NCBI RefSeq assembly: GCF_004010195.1
Contig: NC_057719.1
Span: forward strand, 40,872,969-40,936,968
Direction of reading: 5' to 3'
Origin: Chiloscyllium plagiosum
Lineage: Eukaryota
Length of the DNA stretch: 64,000 bases
Each line of letters begins with the position of its first letter. The stretch's first letter is position 1. Below, piece after piece: positions 23,671 through 37,600 of the stretch. The notes below the pieces were generated by a model. That model was not told the origin of the DNA. It did no database searches and saw nothing but the letters and a program-made list of their open reading frames with translations. Both the position numbers and the translations under genes were made by a program.

Positions 23671-25613
23671 CTTGACTGCACTTTTCCCTATTTTGAATGG
23701 AATAGGATTTAAAGATTATAAGGTACGCATCACCAGAATTCATGTACAGCACTTTAACCATGCATTACTGACTATTTCAAGAAGAAAATAAGGTCAAAAA
23801 TATCTGATGGTCAAACCAATATATAAGAAGACTTTTAGCCATTTTGGTTTGGGACTTTTAATCATGTAAAGGAACTGACTATCTCCATAGCAGAGTCTAT
23901 TTGAGCCTGATTAATTTCTTTTTTATTGCACTTGACCCTGATTCTCCTCAAGTTGCCTATCTATTGTTGTTTAATACATAATTATAGTGTAGACTGGGCT
24001 TTGGGGAGGGGCGGCATATGTCTAAGACAGAAAAAGGACCTGGATGGTAATACTTAAAAGAAAGCATTTGAAAAGCTAAATTTGCTGTCAGGTTGTTTTG
24101 GTTATCAATATAATTTGGAGGCAACTGTAGGAAATCCAAAGTCTGGTTCAAAACTGCTGGCTATCTTTCCTCTTCTTGTGAATAATGCTGCACAGAAAGA
24201 TAATTGAGAATGATTTGGGTCGAATTGGTCCATTATTTTTGCTTTTTTGTTACGGGGTGCATATATCGTCAATACTCAGGCGGTTTGGCTGAAATCAGAA
24301 ACATGCCATGTCAGGGTCACAGGTATGAATATACATCTCACCACCTTGAAGCACTTTAATCTTCTCTAACTGAAGTCTGGAACTGGTGCTAGCCTGGTTG
24401 ATTTGTTGGAAAACTTGAAGGGATTTGGAGCATGCCTCAGAGAAAGGAGAGAATGAAACTTGAAAAAATGCCCTGAGACAAAACAATTTTTCAAAATTTG
24501 CTCGTGGGGTGTGAGTGTCACTGGTTACTTTCTGTATATACTTGAGTAAAAGTCAACTTTGGCACTTTCTTTTTCCCATTCATTCACACTAGGGTAAGTG
24601 AGGCATGTGCAATCTAATCAACAGGACATTGGAGTGGCCTGTTTCACTCCTCAAGACTTTGACTCACCACTTCACTCTTTCTACAGCTCATAGCTCCTTT
24701 CCTGCTTTCTTCCTCTTTCTCTCTCTCTGTTCTAAGCCCTCGCACACAGATGGGGTTCAGAAGAGAAAGTGGGAAGGTTGGGGGAAGGAGAGAATCAGCT
24801 TGAGGGTGAAGCAGCAATCAGGAGAGCCAGCAAATGAGAGGCTGTGGCATTAAGAAAGACAAGATAGTTGGCCTGCAAGGGAGATATTAACTCGGTCTGA
24901 AGTGATGAATTAAGGTGTTTTGATAACAAATTGGGCCTTGACTTTTATCAATGATTTCTTGAATGTATGTGGTATTTATCAAAATTTAAAATTACTCAGT
25001 ATCATGACTGACTATCAGTGAGGCTAAAGATGAAACCTAGTAGTGTTATGACTCACGAGAATAGCCTACTGAAAATCAAGCCCTGCTATCCTGGAGTCAT
25101 CACAAAATTTGAAGATTTTATGAAGTATGTGAAGTTCCCCAATTTACCTGATTTTCAGGCCCAGGTTGACAAAGCATAGATCAGATTTCTGTACTGAACA
25201 AGAACTAGAGTTTATTACAAATAATAAGACTCTTGCTGCAGTAAAACAGTTATCAACCATCAGCACATAATGCCATTAATGAAATTTTAATCCCCTTATA
25301 AACTCCCCTATACACATACACAGACAAATAGACAGAGTAAAAAAGGTTATAAAAGATTGGAAAGACAGTTCATTAGTCTTTGTTGTCCAGATTCTTAGTT
25401 GAGATGTTCCTTTTGACTCTTCCACTGGCCAGCATATTGTTTCCACTGGTCAGTGAGAAGTACAGGGTAGCTGGTGCACTTAAGAAAAGTCTTTGACTTG
25501 TCAGTTAAAAGTCACAGCATACAACAACTTATGCATGGAAGATTTTCTTCAGGGTTACAGTGTGTTTTGACGAAGAGAAGCTGGAGAAGAGCTGAACATA
25601 TCTCTCCCTGAGG

Positions 25614-26508
25614 AGTCATGGACATATACAGCATGGAAACAGACCCTGGGTGCACCTGTCTAAGCCTACCAGATAGCCAAATAAATCTACCTCCATTTGG
25701 CCCATATCCCTCTAAACCCTTCCTATTGAAATACTCTTACAGATGTCTTTTAAATGTTGTAATTGTACCAGCCTCCACCACTTCCTCTGGCAGCTCATTT
25801 CATACAGGCACCACCCCTTCGGTCCCTTTTTAAATCTTTCCCCTCTCACCTTAAATCTATGCCCTCCAGCTCTGGACTGCCCCATCCCTCAGAAAAGACC
25901 TTGTCTATTTACCCTATTCATGCCACTCCATAAGGTCACCCCTCAGCCTGCAATGCTCCAGGGAAAATACTCGCAGCCTATTTAGCCGCCCCCTGTCGCT
26001 CAAGCCCTCCAACCCTGGCAACATTCTTTTAAATCTTTTCTGAACCCTTTCAAGTTTCACAATGTCCTTCGTAAAGCAGAGAGACTAGAATTGAATGCAA
26101 TATTCCAATAGTGGCCTAACTAACAGTTCCCAACTCTGATACTCAAGGGGCTGACCAATAAAGGAAACCATACCAAATGCCTTCTTCACTATCCAATCTA
26201 CCTGTGATTGTACTTTCAAGGAACTATAAACAAGCACTCTTGTTCAGCAAGACTCCCTAGTACCTTACCATTAAATGTATAAATCCTGCCCTGATTTGCC
26301 TTTCCAAAATGCAGCACCTCGCATTTATCTAAATTAAACTCCATCTGGTCCATTGGCCATAAGATCAAGATCTCATTGTAATCTGAGGTAACCTTCTTTG
26401 CTGTCCACTACACCTCCAATCTTGGTGTCATCTTCAAACTTACTAACATTCCTTCTATGTTCACATCCAAATCATTTATATAAATGATGAAAAACAGTGG
26501 ACCCAGCT
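25614..26508 (-). mobile_element. CR1-type (HER1-like) LINE 3' fragment
   Basis: Reverse complement of the family at 30296-32141; includes SKFEDDTKIGG-like RT codons near 26410-26442. Confidence 0.85.
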
Positions 26509-29500
26509 AACTTCCTCCCAGCTCCAAGCTGTTCAGTTACGTGAGAATGAACCACACAGTTGTTGCCAGGTAAAAGGGTGTCTGTCATTGATAACTGGTC
26601 ACTGATCCCATAGACCAATTAACTTCTTGATGCCAGGAAAAGCTGCATTCATCCAACCCCTCAGCTCCAATTAGGCTAAAACCAAATTTCAATTACTGCT
26701 TATTCAAGCAGCTATTTACAATGCTTGCAAAGGTAAGTTATGTGTTTCAAAGCTGCAGCCACTCTTTCAAACATTTTGTTTTATTTTGTTTCCATTCCCA
26801 GTTTTGAAAAGCGCAAAATAAAAATAAAATACTGTTACTCTAATGGATGTTATTCCAACCTATAACATTAACTGAATGAAGTATAAAAATAAGTCTGGTA
26901 TTTTGGGGGAATTTGTGGCTTTTGAAATGAGATTTTATTAAGTAAATGTTCTGCTGAAAACAAAGTGACTCAAAAATCTTAAATGTTTCATGTCTCATGC
27001 TGAGATTTTCAGGGAAATTGTAGCTATGCTACTGAAAATGTAAAAGGTTTTTGTTTGATATGATTTATTTACTCAGTAATTAAGATGGATTCCTGTGCAA
27101 ATTTTTATGCACCCACCATTAAAAAAAAATCTTGATTGAAAGGGTTAGCCACCTGCAAATCACAGTAAATCACAGTCCCAGCACAACTATATATATTTCC
27201 ACCGTCACCCAAGTAAGCTTCAGGGAAATCCAGCCTGAAAGTTTGCAGCTTTCAATTTCCAGTAGCAACACTCATACTCCCATTCACAGAGAAGAGAACT
27301 GATATGATTTCTTTTGCACAGTAAAGTAAGATGACTTACCAATTGAAAATATGATTGGGCAAGCAATCATTTTTACCTGCATAAGAAGGGGTCAGTAAAA
27401 CTCAGTCTAATGTTGCATTGTCATTTGTAAAAACCAGAATAGTTCTACCCTTCTTTTGCACTTTTTACTATCTATGCTTCATAATATTAATATATTCAAG
27501 AACTGGTTATTGGAAGGTATGTAAGAAGAGTTCTAATTTCATTTTTTAGAGTTATTTTATTCTTTTCTGAGATTAATGTGCTTATTTTGAGATGAAGCAT
27601 TTATGAAACTGTAGCGTCGCTGAAGTATATCTCATTATCCCTCTCTTGGAATACTTTAAAGCAGTAGATGATACCTTTCTTTCTAAAACACTTTTCTGAA
27701 CTATCTGCTCAACAAATGTCTTGAAGTGGTGTTCTACTCTTATGAACAGCGTGTAAGTGCTTTACAATTACAAAGCTTCTGTCAGTTTTTCTGACAGAGA
27801 CCTCTTACGTGAGACATGTGGCAAAAAAGAAAGGCAATTAAACTCTCCAGTCTGACACAAAATGTGCTTAAAAGGGTCGATGCCAATAAGGTTTGATGCC
27901 TTTACTTTTTTTGAGTGCAGTGAGAAGCCTTCTACTGGCTCTTTATAAGATAACTACAAAGGGACAAGGATGTTGCAGCTATTAAACTTGCAAATGTGAC
28001 ATACATAAACTCACTCTCATTAGAAGTACGAAAGCTATTGAGGTGCTTTTTTATAACCTTGTTGGTGTCAGAAATAGTGCATCCGAGAACACTAGAGAGG
28101 CTTATGAAACTTAATGATTTCAACTGGCATGAAAGGAATTACTTACTTAAACAGTGTATCTTGACCAACAACAAGCTGCCTTATGAAAGTAATGTATAAC
28201 AGATTTGGAGAATAAGGCTTTCTATTTAACGTGCAATTATTCAGGTACTCAACTATAACTTATCTCATTTTCACAACTAAATTCACGATGAAATATTTTA
28301 ATTGAGGATGCTGCTGAGATAAGGAACAGAAAATGTGCTTTGTTTGCATCTCAGTTACTCTAAGAGACAGCTTTAATTCATTATAATAGCAGATGGATCA
28401 CAGAAGAATGCCCTTGCAACCTATAATTTCACAACGGTAGGCAAATAACACAAGAGTGATGTCAGAAGTGGCTGACTTCATCCTTTTGATATCTTGATGA
28501 CAAATCAAGTTGGTAATATAATCCATTGGTGTAACATCTCAGCTGAACAGTTTTTGGACTAAAATCTGTTGAAGCTATGGAGTTGTGAGTTCTTGTAGTG
28601 TTGCGCTTTAGAACAGTTACAGCATTAGAGCTGAAACAACAAATATTCCTGATGTTGTGGCTTTGATATTTGGCTGCTTAGATTAGAAATATAATTAACA
28701 ACAATCAATGTCAAGTTGCCAAAGGCACCATCTTTAATTGGAGGACTGATAAAATTATAATGCTTCTTGGAAGTTTGCAGCTAATTTCGCTTGTTTTTTT
28801 TTACTATCAGTACAACATTTTGAGTTATTCAGTATTGATTCTTACAGGATATTTTAATTGGATGCTTATGACATTCAGATCGCATTATTGTATATGGCCT
28901 AATTCTGCTCCTATATCTTACAGAAGCCATCAGATGATCATTAAAATAGATTATTGTAAACTAAAAGGAGAAGTGGGGAAAAATGAGAGACCTTTAAACA
29001 CACAATAACAAAAGCATGTTAAATAAAAATATTTTCTCAGTAGGTACACTGACAACAGAAATTACAATGTTTTATATGATGGTGCTTTGTTTTAATGGCC
29101 TGGATTATATGGTGGGAATGACTATAAAACTGTCAGCATTTCCATCATTTTGCCACTGAAATTAACAGCAACTTTGGGATTTGGCACTGTGAAGAATATT
29201 GTGAAATTCAGAATTTGCTGTCAGTAATCATTGCTCCTTCAGAGTGTACACTGTTGAAGCCCCCTCCAGAGTGTAATCCTGAAGTAATCAACACAATCTT
29301 GCTGTAAAACCCCTTTGAAAGTGTTGCCCCTTGGGTTTTGAAAGCATTCTCATGCCACAATTATGGTGCCAACCATACTCATTGGTGCTGAAAACATGAT
29401 TATGTATTTGTGAAGTATCAAACTTTTTTCATCATGATGAAATTTTACATATTTTACTACTTTAAATTGTAATTAAAGGTGAATGATCAGTGTTTGTAAC

Positions 29501-30295
29501 TTCCTAGTTTGCGTTTAATGAGAGTACTGCAATGTAATTGGCTGCCCATCCTTGCTGACATCACTACTATTGGACACCTGGAGAGCCCCTTGACTTTGCA
29601 CTAAACTTAAACTGAGATTGGGAAATGGGAGATGCACAGCGATTGCCAGTTCTTTGTTGGTAAATGGCAAACACAGGTGCTCCAGTTTTGACTATAACAT
29701 GCCACCCAACATTGGTTTTGCTTAACTATAGTTATAAAAAAAAATAAGAACTAGAAGCTTGAGTAGATCATACTCCCCCCATTGAGCCCGGTCTCCCATT
29801 CAATTTGATCAAAACCTAAACTTCTGCCTGAGTTCCATTTTTCTATCTGTTCTCCAATTGATTTTCTGAGTGACTGGAAATCTGCCTATCTTTACTTGAT
29901 GGTGGAATATCCACTATCTCCTTCTAGATTGGAAAATCTAAGGTTCACAACATTTAACTGATGATATTTTTCCTCATCACAACCCAAAGCAATTAGCCCC
30001 TCATCCTGAAATTGTGTTCCTATGTTTTTGATTCAACAGCCAAGAGAAATAGCATCTCATTGTCTACCCTTTCAAATCCCTTCAGATTCCAATGAAATCA
30101 CCTCTCATTCTTTTAAACTGCAGAGAGCACAGATCCATAGAACAGTCCTAACATCTCCAGGACTAATCTAGTGAACCATTGCCGCATTACCTCTGATGCG
30201 ATTATATACAGTTTCTCAGGTGTGTATGTTCCACCAAAATCCTGTAGAATTGTAGCAAAACTTCCTCATTCCTGTATTTTCATGAAGCCCCATAA

Positions 30296-32141
30296 GGATC
30301 TGATCAGGTGTATCCTAGAACGCTGTGGGAAGGTCGGGAAGTAATTGCTGGGCCCCTTGCTGAGATATTTGTATCATCGATAGTCGCAGGTGAGGTGCCG
30401 GAAGACTGGAGGTTGGCTACCGTGGTGTCACTATTTAAGAAAGGAGGTAAGGAAAAACCAGGGAGTCTGACATCAGTTGTGGGCAAGTGTTTGCAGGGAA
30501 TCTTGAGGGACAGGGTTAACATGTATTTGGAAAGGCAAGGACTGATTAGGGATAGTCAACATGGTTTTGTGCGTGGGAAAAATGTCTCACAAACTTGACT
30601 GAGTTTTCTGAAGAAGTAAGTAAGAGGATTGATGACGGCAGAGCAGTAGACATGATCTATATGGACTTCAGTAAGGCATTTGACAGGGTTTCTCATGGTA
30701 GACTGGTTAGAAAGGTTAGATCTCATGGAACACAGGGAGAACTAGCCATTTAGATACAAAAATGGTTCAAAGATAGAAGACAGAGGGTGGTGATGGAGTG
30801 TTGCTTCTCAGAATGTGGAGGCCTGTAACCAGTGGTGTGCGACACGGATCGGTGCTGGGTCCACTGCATTTTGTCATTTATATAAATGATTTGAATGTGA
30901 ACAGAGGAGGTATAATTAGTAAGTTTGCAGATGACACCAATATTGGAGGTATAGTGGACAGCGAAGACGGTTACCTCAGAGTAAACGGGATCTTGATCAA
31001 ATGGGCCAATGGGCTGAGGAGTGGCAGATGGAGTTTAATTTAGATAAATGTGAGGTGCTGCATTTTGGAAAAGCAAATCCGAGCAGAATTCACATTTAAT
31101 GGTTAGGTTCTGGGGGGTATTGCTGAGCAAAGAGACCTTGGAGTGCAGGTTCTTAGCTCCTTGAAAGTGGAGTCGCAGGTAGATAGGATAGTGAAGAAGG
31201 CATTTGGTATGTTTTCCTTTATTGGTCAGAGCATTGAGTATCAGAGTTGGGAGGTCATGTTACGGCTGTACAGGACATTGGCTAAGCCACTTTTTCAATA
31301 TTGCGTGCAATTCTGGTCTCCTTCCTATCGAAGGATGTTGTGAAACTTCGATTAGATTACTTTACTGTGTTGTAACAGGCCCTTCGGCCCAACAAGTCTA
31401 CACCGACCCTTTGAAGAGCAACCCACCCAACCCATTCCCTTACATTTACCACTTCAGCTAACACAGGCAATTTAGCATGGCCAATTCACCTGACCTGCAC
31501 ATCTTTGGATGTGGGAGGAAACCGGAGCACCCGGAGGAAACCCACACAGGCACGGGGAGAATATGCAAAGTCCACACAGACAGTTGCCCAAGGCGGGAAT
31601 TGAACCCGGGGTCTCTGGCGCTGTGAGGCAGCAGTGCTAACCACTGTGCCACCTTGAATGGGTTCAGGACAGATTTACCAGGATGTTGTCAGGGTTGGAG
31701 GATTTGAGCTATAGGGAGAGGCTGAATAGGCTGGAGCTGTTTTCCCTGGAGCATTGGAGGCTGAGGGGTGACCTTATAGAGGTTTATAAAATCATGAGGG
31801 GCATGGATAGGGTAAATAGACAAAGTCTTTTCACTGGGGTGGAGAAGTCTAGAACTAGAGGACATAGCTTAAGGCTGAGAGGGGAAAGATATAAAAGGTA
31901 CCTAAGGTGCAGCTTTTTCACATGGTTGTGTGTGTATGGAATGAACTGCCAGAGGAAGTGGTGGAGGCAAGTACAAATGTAACATTTAAAGGGCATCTGG
32001 ATGGGTTATACATAGGAAGGATTTGGAGGGATATGGGCTGGTTGCTGGCAAATGGGACTAGATTAGGTAAGGATATCTGGCCGGCATGGACGAGTTGGAC
32101 TGAAGGATCGATTTCCATGCTGTACATCTCTAAGACTCTAT
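30296..32141 (+). mobile_element. CR1-type (HER1-like) LINE, 5'-truncated RT region
   Basis: Peptides VPEDWRLATVVSLFKKG, SQHGFVRG, YMDFSKAFD, SKFADDT, YCVQFWSP and RLRGDLIEVYKIM, with frameshifts and stops. Confidence 0.92.
31349..31652 (-). mobile_element. HE1/V-SINE-type SINE inserted in the CR1 LINE
   Basis: Near-full-length SINE. The LINE rejoins as gtgaaactt / gaatgggttcag, with ctt repeated at both junctions. Confidence 0.92.
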
Positions 32142-32144
32142 GCC

Positions 32145-32180
32145 ATTCCTGAAGAAGGGCCTGTGCCCGAAACGTCGAAT
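32145..32180 (+). ncRNA. Minimal type I hammerhead ribozyme motif, family A, intact
   Basis: Stem I ATTC/GAAT; core CTGAAGA plus an extra A; stem II GGGC-ctgt-GCCC; GAAA; palindromic ACGT stem III. GUC cleavage triplet ends at 32176. Confidence 0.8.
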
Positions 32181-32272
32181 CTCCTGTTCCCTGGATGCTG
32201 CCTGACCTGCTGTGCTGTTCCAGCAATAAAGTTTCAACTTTGATCTCCAGCATCTGCAGACCTCACTTTCTC
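32145..32272 (+). mobile_element. Penelope-like terminus, family A, inserted at the CR1 tail
   Basis: Terminal sequence ending CTCACTTTCTCC. Flanking repeat ctctatg(c/t)catt at 32136-32147 and 32273-32284. Confidence 0.85.
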
Positions 32273-34413
32273 CTCTATGTCATTTGCCTCACTAATTGCT
32301 TGCTTACCCCTATGCTACCTTTGCATTCATTGTGAGAGTGCACCCAAGTATCTCTGAACATCACATTGAAAGATTTCTCACATTAAAAAAGAAATGTCAT
32401 TTTCTATTCTTTCTACTGAAGTGTATAACCGCAACTTAATTCATTTCTGTCACCATGTTGCCTATTCAGTAAACCCACCTTTTCTAACTTGTGTCGTCTC
32501 TCATCTTAAATGTCCACCGAGCTTTGTAACATCAACCAATATCGACATTTTATTCTTCATCTTTTTAAGTTATTAATACTTGTTGCAAAAAGCTGAAGCT
32601 CCAGTACTGATACCTGTTGCATTCCACCAATTACAGTTTGCCAACTTGAAAAACCTCTTGTTTCTGGCTGCTCTTAAGCATTCCCAAATCCATGAGCCTT
32701 TCTTCTGTTCATTCTCCTTTGATGTGGCACATTATCGAATGGCTGTTTTAAAATCCAAGTATATATTGCCTCCCGGAAGGGCTCTTGGGGGGCAGTGGTA
32801 GTATCTCTATGTTAGGCCAGGAGGGCTGGGTTCAAATACCACCTATTCCAACCGTTAGTGGTGTCGATAGTAGTCCAACACCTACTCCAAGAGTGTATAA
32901 ATAACATCATTGAACAGGTTCACTAGAAAATATCTACAACATCTACCGATTTTCCATATTCACCCATCCTCAAAAGAATGTCAGTAAAATTGTCAAATAT
33001 GTTTTCCATTTGGTAAAAGCACATTGACTTTGTCTGATCATGATCAGGGATTTTAAGTGCATTGTTAAGACTTACTAATAATAGATTTTAACACTTCTCT
33101 GACAAGTGATGTCAGACATAACTCGTCTGTTGTTTTCCGTTTTCTCTCTACTTACTTTGAATAGCAATGTCATGTTTGATAACTTCCAAATTGCTGGGAT
33201 TGCTGTAAATTCTAGTGAATTTTGGAAATCTATAACCAATGCAATTATGTCTTTTAGCGTCTCAGGATGCGAGCCATCCAGTTCTGAGAAATTGTCAGCT
33301 TTCAGTCTCTAAGTTTCTCCAATAACTTTTCTTCTTGCTATTAATTACTGTAAGTTCTTCACTCTTACTAGCCCCTTGGGAACCTTCTATTTCTGCCTTC
33401 TATTGTGAAGGCAGACACAAAATTCTTCAACATCTGTGCAATTTCCTTATTTCTCCATGCCAGTTAATGACCAATGATTAATTTAACTGCTGTCTTTCTT
33501 TACTTTTATTTACTTTTAAAGGCGCTTCCAATTTATTACTATATTCCTGGCAAGGTTTCTCATGTTATCAACTTTTCAACTTTTTAAGCCCTTTAAACTT
33601 TCTAAAACTCTTCCAATTCTATGGTTACCTGTATAATTGCAGTATTATGAACCCCCTTTAAACTAATATTTTCCTTAATTAAAAATAAGAAATAGATGGA
33701 ACCTTCATAACTCCTAAATGATATAGGAATAGGCAAGTCAATTGGGAAAACCAGTCAAACTCAGCAGAAATGAGGTTCTCAACTTCAAGAAAAGTAATCC
33801 AAGTCTGCAACAAGCATTGAACAGCGAGATGATAATCTCACTAATGAGTGGCACAAAGTCTATTTGTATCAAATTGTATATATTAGCATGCAGTTTTTAC
33901 CTAATATCACCTCATTAATGTGCAATTTTCCATCCTCCGAGATGCCTGAGAGAGATTAGATGATGACAATTCCCAACTTGAAAGTCAAAGTGGGTACCAG
34001 GTGATTCCAACTCACCACTTGCTCCTCTGGATTTTTATTTTGGAAGAGTCACCAGCATCTCAGGGTGCAGTCAATGGGCAATGACTGTCTGCATTCTTGT
34101 TCCATGGACTTTTGCATTGGACCAGCCTCACCACACCCTCACGGCACATGTCTGGTCTTCTTAGAGAATAGTTCTTCACTGCAGTGCTGCAGTGTCAAGT
34201 ACATTGGTACCTTTCATTGTAATGCTGCTGCCAGGACACTTTGTGCAGAGGGGTGGGTACCCATCTCATGATCAGGTAATAACATTCTCTGATTAAAAAG
34301 GAAGAATCTAAAATGGCTGCAATGGACCTCTTGCCATAGATTGAGCAAACTTCAGGAACCATCCATGCTGAAATGACCATTTCTATCTAAAGATCTCAAA
34401 AGTGGACAAATGA

Positions 34414-34690
34414 GCACAGTGGCTCAGTGGTTAGCACTGCTGCCTCACAGCACCAGGGTCCTAGGTGAAATTCTAGCCTCAGGCGACTGTCTGTGTGAAG
34501 TTTGCACATACTCCCCATGTCTGCGTGGGTTTCCTCCCATAGTCCAAAGGCATGCAGGGCAGGTGAATTGGCCATGCTAAATTGCCCATAGTGTTAGGTG
34601 CATTTGTCAGAAGGTAATGGGTCTGGGTAGGTTACTCTTCAGAGTCGGTGTGGGCTGAAGGGCCTGTTTCCACACTGTCGGGAATGTAAA
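34414..34690 (+). mobile_element. HE1/V-SINE-type SINE
   Basis: A-box TGGCTCAGTGG, central domain and LINE-derived tail. Confidence 0.88.
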
Positions 34691-37600
34691 AAAAAGGCAT
34701 TTACGTCTCCTACTTTAATTTACATTTGTATGATAATTTCATATATTGGGAGATGAAAGGCCTATTTGCAAGTTAGCCAGCTTGGAAAGACAATGGAGAT
34801 AGACTTTAAAATACACACTGAACTATATTGCAACAGCTGCTTTTGAGCAGCAGAATAGAGAGAAGGAAAAATAAATCTGTGATGACAAGGGATGGAACTC
34901 TCTCTTTCCTCACCTGTTTCTGTCATTATCTTAGAATCCAGCACCCAATGAGAAAGCAAATTAGGGAAATAGCTATTCACTGAGAACACCAAACTATTTA
35001 AGGATTCTGCTGCTGTTGGATTCAAGTTAACCGCTAAACCACTGTGATCTCTAGTTAGAGTTGATTAACAGCTCAAAGGCTCTAAGGACTGTGTGATCTT
35101 TATTTTCCCTCTCCGACCTAGAGACCAATTTGAAATTTATTACCTGTATTTGGGTTTGCATTTGATGTTGTGGTTTTAGTATCTTTCAGTCATGTTAATC
35201 AATACTAAAAATTCTCTTTTACACAAGTAATGCTTGGTAATTGACCCCTTCATTTTCTTTTGCACTACATTTAATTGAAGTGTGATAGTTGCATTCTAAA
35301 AGATAGTAAAAAAATTGTGATAAACCGAGAGGGGAATTAAAAAGATGCAAACCGATTTACCTCTCCTCACCCAACCATAACAAATGAAGAACAAAAAGAT
35401 GGAAAAATATAAAGAAACTGAAGGTCCATAAATAAATAGTGATAAAATAGAGGAGCTTTATTTTGCTTTGCTATTCGTTGTTTTAACATATGTATCTATT
35501 TCTCACTGTCTTCAAACCAGTGAGACAGACCACCAACCAGAATCTGTTCCAAAATGCTCTTGTGTGTTTAATGAACTTCAGAAGGTTCTTTGATCTTCAA
35601 AGGCATCACATCTGTACTTGACTGTGTTTTCACCAAATGTTCACATTGAACTATTTCCAGATGGGGGCCACTGTGTATTGCTTAGGGATTGAATGCAGAT
35701 GCTGATTATTACTTCCTAATGGCTGCCAGGTCAAAATCACACATCTCTGCACACATCGGAGTTTGATTCTGGGGTTTTCAGGTTTGAAAGAATTGTTCTA
35801 ATTACTTTAAATTAAACTTTGATTAATGTATTATTACACTTAATAAATATTCAGTTCACAAAATTCTATGGTCTGTTATCCGTCCTCTATCATGAAAGAT
35901 TCTGGTATGTAGTATTTTATAGTTGCTACATACATGAAGCTCCTCCCAAATGCTGAGGTCATTACTGTAGCTGACTTTCTGGCCTATCATTTGGGGAAAT
36001 GCCATTCTGATAAAATCTAGCAATACAATACGTAATGGTCTCTCATTGTAAATCACTGCTAAATCAGATCTAGCTAATATCTTCTATCTATATAATTGCA
36101 TTTTTAGAAGGGATGATTGTGATGGTGATCAGAAGGGATGGCTCACTTTCATTTCGAATCCACAGCGCAAGTGTGGTGGTTTTTCATTGCCTGGTCTTGA
36201 GATTCAGATGGCTGGACTTTTTTCTTATAATCTTGTTATTTATTTTTGAGCCATTGAGAAAGCTCACAAATAGCTCTTTAGAAAAACAAGAATCTGGTGT
36301 TGACATTTAGAAGGTTCACAATAGGAAGGAAATCTGACAAAAGGTTGATACCGACAAATCAAGTCTGTAATTATTAGTTTTACTTTAACAATTACTCAGT
36401 TAATTTGTTACTCTTGTGTAATCAGAGAATTGTAGCAGTACCAATACAGACCACAAATGATCCAATGTGGTATAATTCACTTCTGACTATACTGCAAAAG
36501 TCAAATGGTTATGATAGCAACTAATCCCCCACAAATTGTTTCACTGTAAATTAATAATCTCTATTCTCTCCACAGTGGCTGATTTCTGAACATAATGCTA
36601 CTGCAAAAACTGCAAATTAAGTAGGGATTAATTTTCTATGTCAGTGCTAAACTCTTTTAGTGCCATGTATCATGTTTAAATTATTTATTATCTTTTCAAA
36701 AAATTAAAACAGAATTTCACCCTGAAAGTTGCTCTGTACACAAACAATGAATATGAAATGTGAAAATGAGCTGAATGAGCAAATTAATTTGTAAAGTCAT
36801 ACACAGCTATCAATTCCAATTAAGTGCACAGTAAAATCGTCTCTGAACTGAGACCTATATAATGTGATTTACACTGTGGTGCAATAATATTGGATCTCAT
36901 CAGTGGGATTCACAGCAGTATTAATTTAAGGTTAATTAAATAAAATGCTAAAAACTCTCAGTCTGAAGGTTTGAGAGTAGCTGTGTAATAAGCTTATAGC
37001 CTGGCTGTAGAATATATATGTACTTAATCCTTTTGGGTACCAGGCAAGATGAACCTATTAACGCAGTGGTCAGTGGTTGTTATCAAGGTACAAGTGGGAG
37101 GCATAATGATTATAGTTTCGATATGTTGATCTTTATTGTGCAAGATTGAATTCCTTATCATTCTCTAACAGTCAATGTGGAGTTGTTTGTAGTGCCTTCA
37201 TCAGAAATATACCAGAAGCTGGATGAAAAAAAAAGATTAGTGTCGGGAATCACTGGTTTGCTCATTCAACTAAGACTGTACTATAATACATCAGCAAAAT
37301 AAATTGAAAATTGTAATTAAGATGGAGTTAATTGGATACATTGAAATTGTATGGGAACATTGCAATTCTGTTTATAGACTAATAGCTCCATTGGAATAAC
37401 TGAAAGCTTGCACAAAATGATATGAATTATAAACCTGACCTCATTCAGTTTATATGAGTAATGAAAACTTCGAATCTGCCACTTCTGAGAGTCTTGCTAT
37501 TTAAAGTAGCTGTTTCATTTATTTTAAGATTTGTTTGGTTTCTAGTTCTGTCTTTTCACACTGCTGTCAATACTAACAGTATTCACTGATGAGGACAGAT

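Larger units (their letters stand above)
29745..33680 (-). mobile_element. Old CR1-type LINE remnant, split by younger insertions at about 30285-32280
   Basis: Decayed CR1 3' tail at 29745, with CR1-like antisense sequence resuming after 32284. Boundaries approximate. Confidence 0.55.

Noticed and set aside
34414..34485. tRNA genes at the A/B-box sequences here and at other SINE heads
   Set aside because: They continue into SINE body and tail, with no complete cloverleaf or terminator.
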